Source: Octopus sinensis (taxonomy: Eukaryota). From it: a DNA stretch of 64,000 nucleotides. A model generated the notes under the pieces. That model searched no databases, was not told the DNA's origin, and worked only from the letters and a program-made list of their open reading frames with translations. Each line of letters opens with the position of its first letter. Position 1 is the first letter of the stretch. The stretch is taken from contig NC_043003.1 in NCBI RefSeq assembly GCF_006345805.1, forward strand, positions 96,348,001-96,412,000, in the 5' to 3' direction. The position numbers and the translations under genes were made by a program. This document shows, piece after piece, positions 63,420-64,000 of this stretch.

Positions 63420-63955
63420 ATGTTTATGTTTATTCCCCTACCATCCCTTGACAACTGATGTTGGCATGTTTATGTCCTTGTAACTTAGCGGTTTGGCAAA
63501 AGAGACTGATAGAATAAGTACTAGGCTTACAAGGAATAAGTCTTGGGGGTGATTTGTTTGACTAAAGACAGCGCTGCAGCATGTTCACAATCAAATGACT
63601 GAAACAAACAAAAGAATAAGAGTGGCTGTGTGGTAAGCACCTTGGACAAGTGTTTTCTACTATAGACTCGCACTGATCAAAACCTTGTGAGTGGATTTGG
63701 TAGATGGAAATTGAAAAGAAGCCCGTCATATATATATGTGTGTGTACATGTTTGTGTGTCTGTTTGTCCCCACCAACATCTCATGACAACCAATGCTGGT
63801 GTGTTTACGTCCCCATAACTTAGTGGTTCAGCAAAAGAGACCAATAGAATAAGTACTGGGCTTACTAAGAATAAGTCCTGGGGTCGTTTTGCTTGACTAA
63901 AGGCGGTGCTCCAGCATGGCCGCAGTCAAATGACTGAAACAAGTAAAAGAATAAA
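63420..63955 (+). mobile_element. Two tandem SINE family A copies (3' half, then an internally deleted full copy starting at about 63620)
   Basis: Tail repeated at 63450-63620 and 63785-63955; head gagtggctgtgtggtaag at 63620. Confidence 0.8.
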
Positions 63956-64000
63956 GAAAAAATAATAGAATATATAGACATTTATATGAAGAAAAGAAAA

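Overview
AT-rich, repeat-dense eukaryotic DNA. The SINE, LINE and microsatellite content looks like a coleoid cephalopod (Octopus-like); this is an inference, not verified. Almost all ORFs in the supplied track are microsatellite or transposon artefacts. The only host-gene signal is the 3' end of a + strand ABCA-subfamily ABC transporter: an exon at 4683-4788 starting with the VFINFA motif, splicing in phase to a terminal exon at 43979-44196 across about 39 kb, with a second phase-compatible candidate terminal exon at 5674-5786. The rest is decayed mobile DNA: three R4/Dong-like retrotransposon 3' ends in (TAA)n tracts, three Penelope-like (GIY-YIG) remnants, RTE and CR1/L2-type LINE pieces, Tc1, mariner, hAT and piggyBac-type elements or MITEs, three tRNA-like SINE families, two minisatellites and a possible Helitron shell around a nested TE pile. 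Main leads: (1) a fold-back element at 57.3-57.6 kb, one arm of which carries about 20 T>C changes (A>G on the RNA strand) with an ADAR-like neighbour bias, possibly an A-to-I hyper-edited RNA copied into the genome; (2) about ten Penelope-type minimal hammerhead ribozyme motifs, several with a U3-A8 core variant, often inside short fold-back elements in (TA)n tracts; (3) possible alternative ABCA C-termini. All alignments and counts were done by eye.
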